Position numbers and translations under genes: made by a program. Below are positions 1 through 12,614 of a stretch of 64,000 nucleotides of DNA, piece by piece; position 1 is the stretch's first letter, and each line of letters starts with the position of its first letter. The notes beneath the pieces were generated by a model. It saw only the letters and a list, made by a program, of their open reading frames with translations. It ran no database searches and was not told the DNA's origin. Source of the DNA: Sphaerodactylus townsendi (taxonomy: Eukaryota); contig NC_059438.1 of assembly GCF_021028975.2 (NCBI RefSeq), positions 43,400,001-43,464,000 on the forward strand. The letters run 5' to 3'.

Positions 1-2244
1 TTTTGTGTTCATTGTTAGGTCTAAGTGTGAAGGTTTAGATCTCCGTGTTTCTTAAGTCTCCCCTTGCGTTTTGGATTTTTTTTCCCCGTAAAAAGGGAAC
101 CCAGATCGCACCAGGCTCCCTTTTTTCAACATGGCTTCCCTGCGATCCTTTTCCCCACCGCCCTGAATCCTTTTGGCAAGTTGGCAGCAGAGGGAACTGA
201 GGCTGGCCACCCTTACGCAGGGCGCTGCACCGCCTTAGCCAGCCAGGCATGCTTCTTTTGAGATAGGCCACCGCCACAACGCGTCGACAAAACGCCGCGA
301 GCCACGGCGGAAGCGCCAAAACGGACCCGAGGGGACGAATTCGGCGACGCAAGGCGCCGAAGCATGGCGCTGTCCCTCGACTAAAGCGTTTCCAAAGCCT
401 GAGAGCAACGCCGGCCAGCCGACCTCCCCCCTCAGACACCAGCATCCCTGACCGGGGCGTGGTTGAGGTGGAGCTCACGCATCAGCTTCCCCTCCGCACC
501 CAGCGGCCAAGAAGATGCGCCGTAAGTAAAGCGCCCAGAGCTTTCACAATCGGAGCAAAGTACGGAGAGATTTCCGGCAGCAAGCGAGGGACTCCCACAG
601 CCAGTCCCACAGTGGCCAGCCCGGCCACAAGGGGCGAATGGGATGCCAGGCAAGATGTCGAGGGTAGAGGAGCGAGGGCAATCCCTTCTGGATATGAGCT
701 CTTGGGCCAATTGCTCTCCAGCAGAACTCATGAGAAAATGTTTAGAAAAAAACCATCGGGGAAGAAATTTCCCCTCCATTGAAAAAAAAGCGCAAAGAAA
801 AACACAAGGCAAAGAGGGGATGCCAAGAAATCCCCATCACCCAGAGATAGGGTTAGGAGAAACGCATAGATCCAGCTCCTCCTCCAGGTCCCCAGAGGCC
901 CCTCCCTCTTCCCTTCCACTTGCAGGGACCCATTAGACATCCAGGGATGAGGAGTGAAAGTAGTGAGGGAGAGATAGAAAGGTCCTCCGGACCATTTTTC
1001 CAGAAGATTGAAGATAACCCTATAGAGCTAAAAAGAACAATGCCAAAGGGTTCTTTCAAACCAGAAGGATTTGCCGCTACGCTGATGGCTAAAGCTTTCA
1101 TATCAGCCTTGGAACTCCATGATTCTGCTGATGACATAGAGGAACCAGCCACTAGCTCTGGGTCCCACAAGACAGTTAAGGAGGATGCCCCAAAAGGGCA
1201 ATAAAGAGATATTTCCCCAAACAGAAGAAGAGTCCCCCAGGAGGGCTCTTCCCTTACCAGAAATATTTTGGAAAGAAGGATCAAGAGAATGGCTTAACCT
1301 TGACTCCAGCAAAAGCTGGTCCATCCCTTCTCAAAAAACTTATACATGTTGCCTGCAGATCACATCCACTCCTTCATCCAGACCCCATTGGTTTACGGCC
1401 CCCATAGTAGCCATCCAACCTGGTAAAGACTAGGTCACTAAGGATGGTGAGGGGCACCCTTAAGGACCCCTCAAGACAGAAAAGGGGAGGTCCTCCTCAA
1501 AAGGATGCATATTCGCTTTTGGCCCTAAGCATCAGTGAGGCATTGGCATCCTCTGCCACCATGGCAAGGGCAGCTTATTATGTGTGGGCCGGAGAATTCC
1601 TGGCCATAATCCCCCCCAGAACATCAAGGCATTAGAGAGCGTGGGAAAGAATGCTTATGGCAGTCTCTTACTGGGCAGACTCTCAAATTTTGGCTGGCTC
1701 TCTAATGATGTGTCGTGTAGCCAATGGGCATGGGGGTGGTAGTCAGGGAAGACAAGCATGGCTCAGAGCCTGGTCAGCCCGACTTCCACTCTAAGCAGAG
1801 TGGTGGCGACCTATATGCATTATCCGCGGATACTTCGACTATTCAGTAAGGATTTAGAGCGCGCCCAGTTCTGGTCGAATCCAAGGGTAATAAGAAGACT
1901 ATGCCCAGATAATGTCCGGTGACAGAACCAGGGTTCTTTATCAAACCTTACACCACATTCAGATCCCAACACACAATGGCACGATGCTCCTGTGGAAGGC
2001 AGAGGCGCTGGTCCTCTTCCAACTCCTTTCGCTTGAAGCCTTAATAACACCAGCTTAACGACAACAACAATCCTTCCTTTAGTTCTTCCAACTTCAAGCA
2101 GGGGAAGGGGAGGAAGACCCTTCCAGTCGATCGATCCTGCCAGATCCTGATGACTACCACAAGACTCCGGTCGGGCGCCGCACCTACAAAACTTTTCAAC
2201 TTACCCGGCTGGACAGGCTGACCATGCGTTATAGAACCGGCTGG

Positions 2245-5136
2245 ACCAAGGGAGATAACGCTACAATACTCTGCCTCAGATGTTGACAAGGCAGTTGTTT
2301 TCTCGATCATCTCCACACTACAAGAACATCCCAGCATATTATTTAATAAGATAACCTGTTGCAGGACTTGCACTTCTTTCAGGAATCATCTGCACAAGAA
2401 CTATCTGCTGCAGCGGTTAACACTTGGGTTTTGTTTGGAGCTATCACCAAGCAAAAAATGCTGTGTACCTTTTAAATAACGAATGACAAGGTTTCACACC
2501 TTGCCCAAGCATGTAGTGTGGGTTTAGACACAAGTCTGCTTAAAGTAGCTAACATTAAACATTATATCTGGTCTTGTCCAGTTTGCCAAATGGGCCCAAA
2601 CTTCCAATGACAGAGCGATATATAATTCAGGATTATCAAAAAGAAACATCAGAATCTTTTCTTTCCTTTAGTGAACTTCCAGTAGACATGGGTGTCTTTT
2701 CGCTTTTGGCTTTCTACTTTAAGCCCGGTACTCGCCTATGAGGTTCTTCTATTTTGTCTTTTCTGACTTAGCAGCAAGGTTCCTTCTGCTGTTTTTTAAT
2801 TATGCTAATACCTAGATAGGTTTTCAGGTAGCCTAGGTCTCTTTCTACCTGAAATGTCTTCTTCAAACTGTCATAGAGCATCAGTTGATTTGAGCATCAG
2901 TTAAAGGCAGTAACACACATGTCATCTACGTAAACGAATTAGTGATGACTTGCTTCCTTGGCCTTCACCTTTAGTATAAACACAAGGATCCATAACGCTT
3001 CGTTTGAAAACCTAGTTTACACAAAACCATCATGCAAACACTGATTCCAATTTCTAGCTGCCTGGTATTGTTATTAGGGCTGTACAGCGATTTACATAGT
3101 TTGTACATCTCTTGCTCCTTTTCAACTTGCATATCCAGGTGCTGGTTTCATGTATACATCCCTCTGTCAGAGGAGCACATGCAAATATGCACAATAACCC
3201 CGGACGTCAAGGTGGCGTGATTCTCCATTCCTCCCTTGCATTGCTACAGCTAGCACCAGTCTCATAGACTCAGCAGCCTTGGCAGTAGGCGAATATGTTT
3301 TGCTCATAATTTTTCTAGATAGGTTTTGCCCTCGTAGCCCCTGGAGCAACCAAGCGAGCTTTGTACAAGCTATCCCACATTGGGCAATGATTTCTTCTTG
3401 TACACCCAGCGTGGGTCCAACCACTTTCAAAATTCATCATCCATAGCAGCATTCCGCGATTCTTGTTCCTCAGGAGGTCCTAGTTACCATCTCCTGGAAA
3501 CTTTTGAGACTTCTACTCATGTTTGACAGATCCTAATAACCTGAGTAACACCAAATCTTTGTGGCGGCACTCCTTTATTTTCTCTGTTGGACCTGCAAGT
3601 GGGGAAAATCAACACGCCTAGCGTTTTCCTCTTCTTTATCAGAGTCCTGAACTGGCTCTGCTGTCCTCTCTCTCTCTGCTTCACTCTAGGAATGTGACCT
3701 TGAGCAGAGGAGGTTGAATTGGCATCTGGCTACTGGATTGCTGCACCTGCAGGCTGTTCATAGTTAAGGCAGGCAGAAAAAAACTTCTGAATTAGAATGA
3801 ACATGCTCCCAACCTGTGTGTCTCTCAAAGTTGGCACTTCTAGAGACCACAATTCTGCCATAAAATTCAGACTAAATCTATAACCTTTTGTGTTTTTCTG
3901 CATAGCCTGTAAAACCTTTTAATCTCTGATTACCTGGGTTTTCCTTTTTAGTTCTCTCTGTGCACCTGGTATCAAGACATTTCGGCCAAGCTCCCAAACC
4001 TTCTCAGGTGTGTCCAATGAGGGTTTCTTGCTTGCCAACAACAACATGTAATGGGGTGTTTTCCTGAATGCTGGAACTCCAGAGGCGATTAATTACGTGA
4101 GTTACGCAGCACAGACACCTCCCCCAATAGTGAAAGGGTAGTTTTGCATCCTCAAGCATGCAGATCACGCATCACCTGCAAAACCCCCAAGCGTCTTCTC
4201 TGATGCCCCGTTCCCCTGGTAAAGGCATTAAAGGATTCGCTTGTCCTGTGCACAATCCCCTTCTTTGCCAACCAGGATTGAAAGGCTTTACTTTCATGTA
4301 CTGCGCTAGCGGTGATCCGCTTTGTAACCTACAGCTACCTTGTAGGGGTGGTTTCTCTCTCAATCATGGCAACCCATTAATCCTGGAACCTTTTCACAGG
4401 CTTCTGCTTTTGGATTTTAACAGTAGACACTAAGAGTACCTACTATAATCATCCACTAATCAACATGATGTAACATGCACTCCCCTTTGGCTAGCTGGAA
4501 AAAGGTCCAGCAAAGCCTGTCAGAATGGACCAAAGCAAAAGGTCTGTCTGTTTGTCTGTTGCTGGCTTTAGCAACTTAGGAAGAGGCTTTAACCTTGCAG
4601 CCTACTACAAACAGAACACTCCAGGTAATGTTTACAGGGTTTTACTTGTATATGTCACACACCTTAGCTAACTGCTTTTATAGTGGACCACCCTGCATGA
4701 CCCAATTTACTGCGGTGTAGCAACTTTCGTGCACACAATTTAATGGGTATAAAGGCTTGTTAGACAGAGACTGGATAGTTGTTTACACTCCCACTGAGCT
4801 ACCTTTGGGAATCATGTGGTACAACATATCCCTTTAGTTGTCCCTTTGCACACACAACACATTATTCTTGTTCACATAGCACATGTCATTATTAAATGTG
4901 ACTTTATACCCCTCCTGAACAAGAAGACGCATACACTTAACAAATTAAAAGTCTAGGTGGGGGGGACTAGTAACACATTTTGAATATTAAGTCCAAAAGC
5001 AGGTACATACACAGTTCCTTGTAAAGTCACCTCTGATGATGAATCATCAGCAAGGCTTACATGAGAAATATTAGCAACGGTTTCATCCTGAAGCAAACTT
5101 CTGTCGTTTTACACAATGTGCGTTACGGGCGAACTA
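2245..5136 (-). mobile_element. Ty1/copia LTR retrotransposon pol (protease end, integrase, RT, start of RNase H), heavily frameshifted; 3' end missing
   Basis: Minus-strand motifs in copia order: HxxLGH (~4700), WLAKKGIVH (~4260), YKARLVA (~3355), TYSPTA..HLDV..AYLH (~3180-3300), DPCVY (~2980), YVDD (2921-2932), TRPDI (~2570), YLKGT (~2470), ALSTSEAEY (~2270-2295). Confidence 0.9.
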
Positions 5137-5445
5137 TGTAAAAGGATTCAATATGGTGTTGATATGAAGAGCTGGGCAACCTTGGCTGCTGACTACATTC
5201 CACAGCCCGAGGCGATGGGCCAGCTTCTTAGCGGAGATTGCTTATCTCGCGAGGGAGATGAGACCTTACTCGTTCCAGCCGGGAGAAATCGAGGAGGGAT
5301 GGGATGGACTGGGATAACCTGGCAATGAACCTGGCGGAGATCTTATTCCTGCCACTCTAAGGTGTGCGAGCTTTCTAAGATGTCTGAATAAACGGTCTTT
5401 TACACCAAAGAGCCTTTTATTTCTGCTTCTATGGAATTCCTTACA
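5137..5445 (+). repeat. gypsy 5' LTR
   Basis: tgtaaaaggattcaa...ggaattccttaca, with AATAAA; matches 10968-11263 and 47508-47792. Confidence 0.92.
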
Positions 5446-5447
5446 TT

Positions 5448-5458
5448 GTGGCAGGAAT
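5448..5458 (+). other. Self-priming type primer-binding site
   Basis: GTGGCAGGAAT is the exact reverse complement of ATTCCTGCCAC at 5345-5355 within the LTR. Confidence 0.8.
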
Positions 5459-8400
5459 CCTAATTCATCTATATTCCTAGTGCAGTGGACCTCTGGTGCC
5501 TCGGCATGGAGAGGTTGGATGTTTCTGGGGAAGGTGCGGTAGCCCCCCCAAGAAGGGCTCCGTCCTTTCCCCTTCTGAATCTGGAGGAACCGTGAGGAAG
5601 CGAGGGTCACCGCTGGTGACTCTTTCCCGTCCTAAATATCAGCTTACGAGTCTTCCTTTACTCCCGTTGGAGCGAGGGGCGTGAAAGGCGACCATGGGGA
5701 CTTGTATGAGTAGTTTGGTAAGCTCTATGGATCGGCGTACCTGTGGATCGGATCTCTACCGTTTTAGGTATGGAGTTACAAACCTCAGATGCAACTACTG
5801 TCGCGGAGGCAGGCCGTTGACCTGACCACCTTTCATCACGGCAACCCAGGGAGTCCATTGAGCGATTCCTGGACTCATTATTTTGGTGATGTCTCCCAAG
5901 GAACCACCGTGGCACAGCACGCAGGACCCGATCGAGACCACCCGGTGACACTGGGACTATACCAGAGGAGTTGGGAGGGAGTATCCATTACCGTCTTCGA
6001 TCGGACCCCCCTGATCCCGGAACTGGCTGGCTGCACCGCAGATGCCCGTGGAGCCACCCGATTAGAATTACGATACTTTCCAGCGTCCAGGCGGCGAGGA
6101 GTCGAGGAAAAGCCAACACTCCCAGCCGGATCTGTTCCCTCTCCCATCGAAGGGGGGGGCTGGGATGAGGAAGTGGGCCGACTTCGCGAGATGCCCAGAA
6201 GCATGGGCCGATGAGCGCCAGCTATGGGAAGAGCGGGGAACAGCTGCAGCAAAGGCGTGAAAACCTGCAGAAGGCGAGGGGAGCAGCAGCGCCAAAGAAG
6301 AAGTCCAACTTCGAATTGGACTGTGCAGAAGCTCAAGCGACGTATCGCGAGAATCATCAGTCCGTGATAAAGTCCTGGAACACTCCAAACTGAACCTACA
6401 GCGTCAACGAGAAGTGTTCCGGACGCTAGCATTACACAAAGTGAGCTTACTGCAGCTGTTCAATGGGGCGAACTGGCTAAGAATTGGAGCGGGAGAAAGC
6501 AGCTTTTACATCGCGCGCCAGGATGCACTGACTGTAAAGGAGAGCTGGCTGCCTTGGAAGGGAACTGAAGAAGCAGCAGACCAGGGGACGAAGCCCAAAG
6601 TTGGAGTCATGTCGCTGCTCGGAATTTGCAAGCCACGGCCAGAGGCGGCAGCTGCTGGAGTCCAACCACCTTCGGAACCGGCTCCCACGAGGAACACCAG
6701 CGTACCGGCGTTACGATACCTCCTGCCGATTCCGCCCCAGCGCCCAACTGCTGCCTCAACCAGCTCAACCTGGCACGCCGCCTCTGGTCAGTAAGCCAAG
6801 GGGAAACCGTGGAAGGGTTACTACAGACCTCCAATACCTGCCCGTTTCGATGGGACCGCTTCCAAACTTCCCTACTTCAATCTTTACGGCTTCGATGCCC
6901 ACATGGAGGACTATGATGATTTATATACCCGGTCTGGCCTTGGCGAAAAAATCACGGGGACATCGGCTCAGTCCTGGATGGGGCAGCAGCCCGACTGGTT
7001 TTGTGTCTCTTTGAACCTGCAAGGATGAAGATACTGCGCCGCGGTACCCGCATTCCTCAAGCCTTGAGGGGCTGCAACTTCCAGATCAGGTGCGGAATGA
7101 AATATCCGCACCATCAAAACTATTCAACAAGGCAACCGCTTCGTTTTGCAGAATTTGCCCATTAATTCGTCGCGGCTGCTTTCGTTCCACCTCCTGGTGG
7201 CCTGGCGCGTAAATCACGAATACTTCGGATGCTGTCAGCGACGAAGCTGCGTGAAAGCGGTGTTTTAATTGATTCCCCTTTTATTGCTGATTGGATTGAA
7301 TTAGGATCCCAAGTGGTCGGCAGATGCGGCGCTTCGTGCGAATACGCCGGCCAGCCCGGCCCTCGATCACCAAGCCAACCCAGCCGCCCTACGAGACCAC
7401 CTCCGGCCATTAAGCGACTGGGATTGTCTTTACCGAGGTCGGTCATCTAGCAGCCAACTGCCGAAAAAACAAGCCCACCACTCGGCCGCTGCCCATCTGT
7501 AAACCCTGCGCAAATCAGGGCCGCTAGCGAACTCGTCTAAAACAGTCATCGAAGGCGACCGGAGGAGGAAGCAGCTGTTTGCCTTTCTTCAACCCAATGG
7601 ACATGGGTTGCGACTCAGGCAGCGGTGAGTGAAGGCAGCTCCCATTACAATCAGCGTTTCCTGGCCAACCCGCTAAAACACACTTTCGTATTATAGCCTC
7701 AGCCCTTGGCGGATTCTGGCTGCTCCCATTGTTTAATCTTTGACTAAGTGGCCGGAGAACTGGGGTCTAGACCAAGTCCCCTGGCTAAGCCATACCTTTC
7801 ACCCAAATGGGCTGACGGTCTCACCGGTGAGGACCGGCCAGTTCAAAGCAACGGTTTACTCCTCGCTGCGCCCGACCATTGGGGAGAATTAGTTTTATTC
7901 TGGCGCCAGTGAAGCTAAACACTCCATAGTTCTGGGCATGCCATGGTTGTTGTTACATGAACCAAATTCCTTTGGAAAGAAAGGATCTTGGAATTCACTG
8001 ACCCTCCTGCGAGAACACACATGAAGCTTCGACTTCTCCTGACACACCTGGCTTCATCAGCGATTGCTCGATTCTACCGACATCCCACCGGCGTGCCAAG
8101 GTCTAGCCAGAGTATTTCAGGAGCAAGAATCACGTTGGTTGCCACCCCATAGAGACACTGACTGCAAAATCGTATGCAGCCAGGCAACTGCCCAAAGGTA
8201 GAATCTGCCATTATGAGTCCCAATGAGGGAGAAGAGGAACTTACGTGCCTTCTTAGACAAGAACCTGGCTTCGCCCGGGTTCATACGATGAACTACCAAA
8301 CACACATGCTGCTCCTGTTTTGTTTGTAAAGAAAGATGGGTCTTTCTGACTCTGCACCACAGATTACCCGAGGTCTCAATGCGGTCTCCCTGTCCAATAA

Positions 8401-10967
8401 ATACCCTTTGCCTTTGATCAAAAGGACCTTTTAGGCGCGTATTGGAGCAGGGCGCATCTTTACTAAGTTGGACTTGAGAAGAAGCTTATTACAGAGTCAG
8501 AATTGCTGAAGGCTATGAACACTTGACTTCGTTTAACACAAAGTTTGGACAGTTTGAATACTTAATATTGCCATTCGAGGGTTAAGTGGGGCCCGAACTT
8601 TTTATGGCCCTTGTATCAGCGAAGTTCTCCATGATTTATTGTACAAGGGGAGTAGTGGTGTGGCGCAGATGGCGTTTTAATTTATTCACAAACCATGGAG
8701 GGCATGAAGCTTTTGAAGTTCGGAGGTATTAAAACGCTTGCTCAACAACTCCCTGCTGCCAAACTTTCAAAGTGCTGTTCCACCAAACCTCTATTGACTA
8801 TTTGGGTTACGGATCTGCGCCGGGGCTAAATGGATCCTGCTAAAATTGATCTTGATCCTCAATGGCCGGCTACCAACAGCGAACTCAATCTTTTCTGGGG
8901 TTTTGCTAATTTCTATCGTGACTTTATACCCCAATTAGCTGAACTGACTCTCCCTCTCACAGACCTCTTCGCACTAAAGGTGAATCCACTGTACCGCCAA
9001 GCCGGGGCCCCTTTCCTGGTCTGAAGAAGAATGTCAGACAGCCTTTCAGCTTCTAAAGTCTGCTTTTACCACGAACCTATTCACAAGCACCCTGACCCAG
9101 ATCTCCGTTTGTGGTTCCGCATTGAATTAACGCCGGACAAAGCAGGGCAACCCTGTTGCAGAGAAATAAAGATGATAGGCTGGTTCCGTGTGCTTGTTAT
9201 CAAAAGAAATTCTCGGTGCTGAACTCAACTGGACTGTGGGGGGATAAAGAGACTGCTGACCATTAAAGTAGCACTCTCCACTTGAAGCCACTTTGTGGAG
9301 GGGGCTTCGCTTACCCCTTTCAAATTTGGTGGGATCGCAGAACCTGTACGCCCTCTCCACCCCCCCCCTCCGAATGTCGAAGCAACCCGTTGGGCCGTTT
9401 CTTTTTCGTTTCTCTTTACGGTCCATTTTTCCCGGAAAAACCAACAAACTGGCTGATCGCTCGGCGCCTACCGAGGGGTGGAGCCAGCTTCGCGAGGACA
9501 TTCGGCGCACTGTTCTCTCCCCTCCCAATTGGGGCTGGCTGTCACCGATCTCAGACATCCCACTCCTCCTTCGCCCATTCCCAGCCTGGTCTCTCCTTTC
9601 CCTCACGGGGAACTTGAGGCCCGGTGACGAGCCTCGGCGGGCGACTCCCAATTGCGTTTGGAGAATGGCGTTTGGCGGCGAGTTGTTGATGCGGTACCTC
9701 CACTTCCTCCGCAAGCAGGTTCACCGAGCCTGCCATGATGCCAGCTTCGGCTGGACATTTTGGCTTTCTAAAAACTCTGCATTTGGCCGCGCCGTCAATT
9801 CTGGTGGTAGCGATGCTTTAAGGATGAGGCGTGTATTAAAGGTTGCTTTCTGTTTGTGCAGAAGCCAAAGACCGTCCGGAAAACCCATGGTCTGTTTGAA
9901 ACCTCTCGGTAACTCCAGCCCTGGGAAGTCATCTCCATGGATTTTATTACAGATTTGCCAGAAAGTCGTAGCAACGGTCTTGTGGTGGTGGTGGACTTAT
10001 TTTCTAAACAAGCCCATTTTATTCCATGCTTCCATCCCCTCCGGCTCCTAAGTTAGCTTCGTCTGTTCATTCAGCATGTTTACCGTCTACTCCGCCCGTT
10101 AAAGGTGGTCTCCGACCTTTGACCCCAATTCATTTCAAAGTTCTGGAAACTTCTAGGGTTGTTGGGGCAGCCCGGTTGCCGCCCTACTGCACGTTCAAAG
10201 TGGCCGGTGATGGGAGAGCGAACAGAACCTAGAAGCAGTATTTCACGTTGTTACACCAACTACCACCAAGACGAATTGAAGTGCGGCTCATTCGTTCGCG
10301 AATGCGCCTACTCTGTAATCGCGGTTCATAGCGATGCGAAAAAAAAAGCCCTTGCCAATTGTGTGTCTGGTGCGGCTCCTTCCCACGTTGCGCAACTACC
10401 TCTTGAGCATTGGATCCTCAGAGTTTCAACAATGGATTTCATCTCTGGCGGGGTGAAATCCGGTCCAGACTGCCCTACAACAGGCTAAAGACTCCAAAAG
10501 CTGCAAGCGGATAAGCACCGCTTCGGATTTCCCTCTGGGTGAGCCTGGGTTATTGTCCAAAATCTCCAGAGAGCGTGCATAAATTTTCTAAACTAGGCAA
10601 AAGATTAGTGGGACCTTTTCAGATTACTAAAGAGTGATTAATGATGTCACTGCCCGATTAGTTTGCCTAACTCTCATAGTAACATTCATCCTGTCTTCCA
10701 TTCCAGTTTACTCAAGGAGGCTCCGTTTCCGATGCCTGGCCGCGACCGGAGGCCACCGACTATTATTGATGGCCACCAAGCATTGCGAAATTGGCGCCAT
10801 CCTGGACTCTGGCTTTAATGCTTAAGCAACACAATATTTAGTCTCTTGGGTGGGGTATTCCTCTGGGTATAATCAATGGGTTTATTCGAAAATATTGGCC
10901 CAGCCCTTATTTCTGCTTTCCACGCTCGCACAAACCTGGGGAGGGTCTTCTTTAAAGGGAGGCAGGG

Positions 10968-11263
10968 TGTAAAGGATTCAATGGTGTTGATGAGAGGGCA
11001 GCATGCAATGTGACTACATTCCACAGCCGGGCGATGGGCCCAGCTTCTTCGGTGAGGAGACCTTATCTCTGCGAGGGAGATGAGACCTCCGTTCCCCATG
11101 GGAATCGGGGAGGGATGGGATGGACAGAGGATTATAACCTGTGTTTCTGGTGAGGGAGATCTTATTCCTGCCACTCGCGTGTAGCAGGCTTTCTAAGATG
11201 TCTGAATAAGCGGTCTTTTACGCAAAAGGCCTTTTGTTTTCTGCTTCTATGGAATTCCTTACA
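10968..11263 (+). repeat. gypsy 3' LTR, preceded by polypurine tract aaagggaggcaggg
   Basis: tgtaaaggattcaa...ggaattccttaca. Confidence 0.92.
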
Positions 11264-12614
11264 CACTATCCATCAACCAGCTGCTTTGCTTTTTTTCTCC
11301 ACAGCGCAGACACCAACATGGCTTCGTCATACCGGTCGAGTGTTCTGGAGCTGTAAATCTTCCGTTTTGCCTTCTGTCCTTTCATCTGCCTTTTATTGCG
11401 GCGTCTGGACAGTTTTGGCGATGTGATTTCACGGACCCACAGCAGTAACATCTCCGGGCAGCATAGGCTTTTGCGAGCACCGTCTCTGATGAAACCTTCA
11501 CCTCAGGCGTTGTTGTCTCACAGGGGCAGCTCAACAGCCCGGCTCTCCTGCTGGAATTCCCTCTGTTGCTGACCTTCAAGCAGTTTGCTTGATCCGCGAA
11601 GGAAAGAGTGAGGTCTGCTTCTTTCCACACTTGTAAACTGCAAACCAGCTGATCCCAACTTTGGTCAAGGAATGACAAGATGATATACAATTTATGGGAC
11701 TCGGGAAAACCATCCACGGTCTTCCAGCTGGACAAATAAGGACCTCATTAGCTGCAAATGAGTGAAGCGCCTTTCACCAGCTTTCAGCTTGCACAGTTAT
11801 ATAGCCGTCTCTCTATCAGCGTGCAGACCCTGCTATTGTCTTTAACGATATATGGCCTTGGCCTCCAACATTCTTTCAGTTCTGATGTCCCAAACATACA
11901 GAAGCTGGGAGTTCTCCGCGACCAGAATTATGGAGAGCACGGGCTTTTGATCAGCTGGCGTCAGGCCTGCGTCGACAGCAGCCGGGGATGTCTCCACCAC
12001 AGACCACAAATCTTCCTGAATGAATGGGACTGCATCTTACAGCCCGCGACAAAACGGATTGGGCCAGCCGGAGGCGGTATAAAAGTAGAATAATAAATAA
12101 AAATAAAATAAATTGTCCTCACTGAGGCGTTCAAACGGCATACTGGCTGCTGTGAGCCGCCCATTGTAGACTCTGTACTGGACAGCCACACCACAGCTCA
12201 GGAACACACAGGAACCGCACCTTACTCACGGTGATCCCGCACTGGCTCGACATAACCTGATAGCAGAATTGATTGATTGCTTACTCGAGTAGAACTGGTG
12301 GTCTTGTACAGAACACTGCTACCTTCATGAAGTAAACTCCACACAGCTAAGTCATTCATAAAGAAGGCGACATAAATTTGTTGCTCTGTAACGAAGTAAC
12401 TGCTAGCAACGTAGAATATTCAGCAGACAATCAAAGCGCTTCGCCAAACACCCGTTTCCCTAAGGAACACTGATACAGTATAATACAAGTGCTTTTATAC
12501 ATGACTCAACCAATCATGGTAAAGGTCACTTGGAACAGGTTAGAACCGGTTTGTCAGCTCAGTCTCATGCTGACTCATGCTGGATAGGATATGAACACTT
12601 TAACTGTCATGACA
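11264..12614 (-). mobile_element. Ty1/copia 5' part: LTR (~12258-12614), PBS, gag with CCHC knuckle, protease WLMDSG
   Basis: ORF 11382-11735 has ILSFLDQSWDQLVCSL and RCYCCGS..H...CP; TGG TTG ATG GAT AGT G abuts the gypsy 3' LTR; minus-strand TGTCA...TATCA LTR with TATAAAA (~12495), followed by GGTTATG. Confidence 0.8.

Larger units (their letters stand above)
5137..11263 (+). mobile_element. Full-length Ty3/gypsy chromovirus (Tf1/sushi-like) LTR retrotransposon, frameshifted
   Basis: Two ~300 bp TG...CA LTRs; flanks aacta/cacta; gag RFDG (~6845), protease DSGC (~7712), RT NKYPLPLI / FTKLDL / FGQFEY (8330-8580), integrase [14 protein letters not shown] (~9920), GPF (~10610), chromodomain QYLVSWVGY...NQWV (10832-10882); purine tract before the 3' LTR. 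Confidence 0.93.

Noticed and set aside
1400-1800. LAP2-alpha-like host gene
   Set aside because: The motifs belong to DIRS gag in its normal position upstream of pol
5500-7000. Possible domesticated gag gene of PEG10/RTL1 type
   Set aside because: Lies inside a complete element with both LTRs and target-site flanks; no intact ORF
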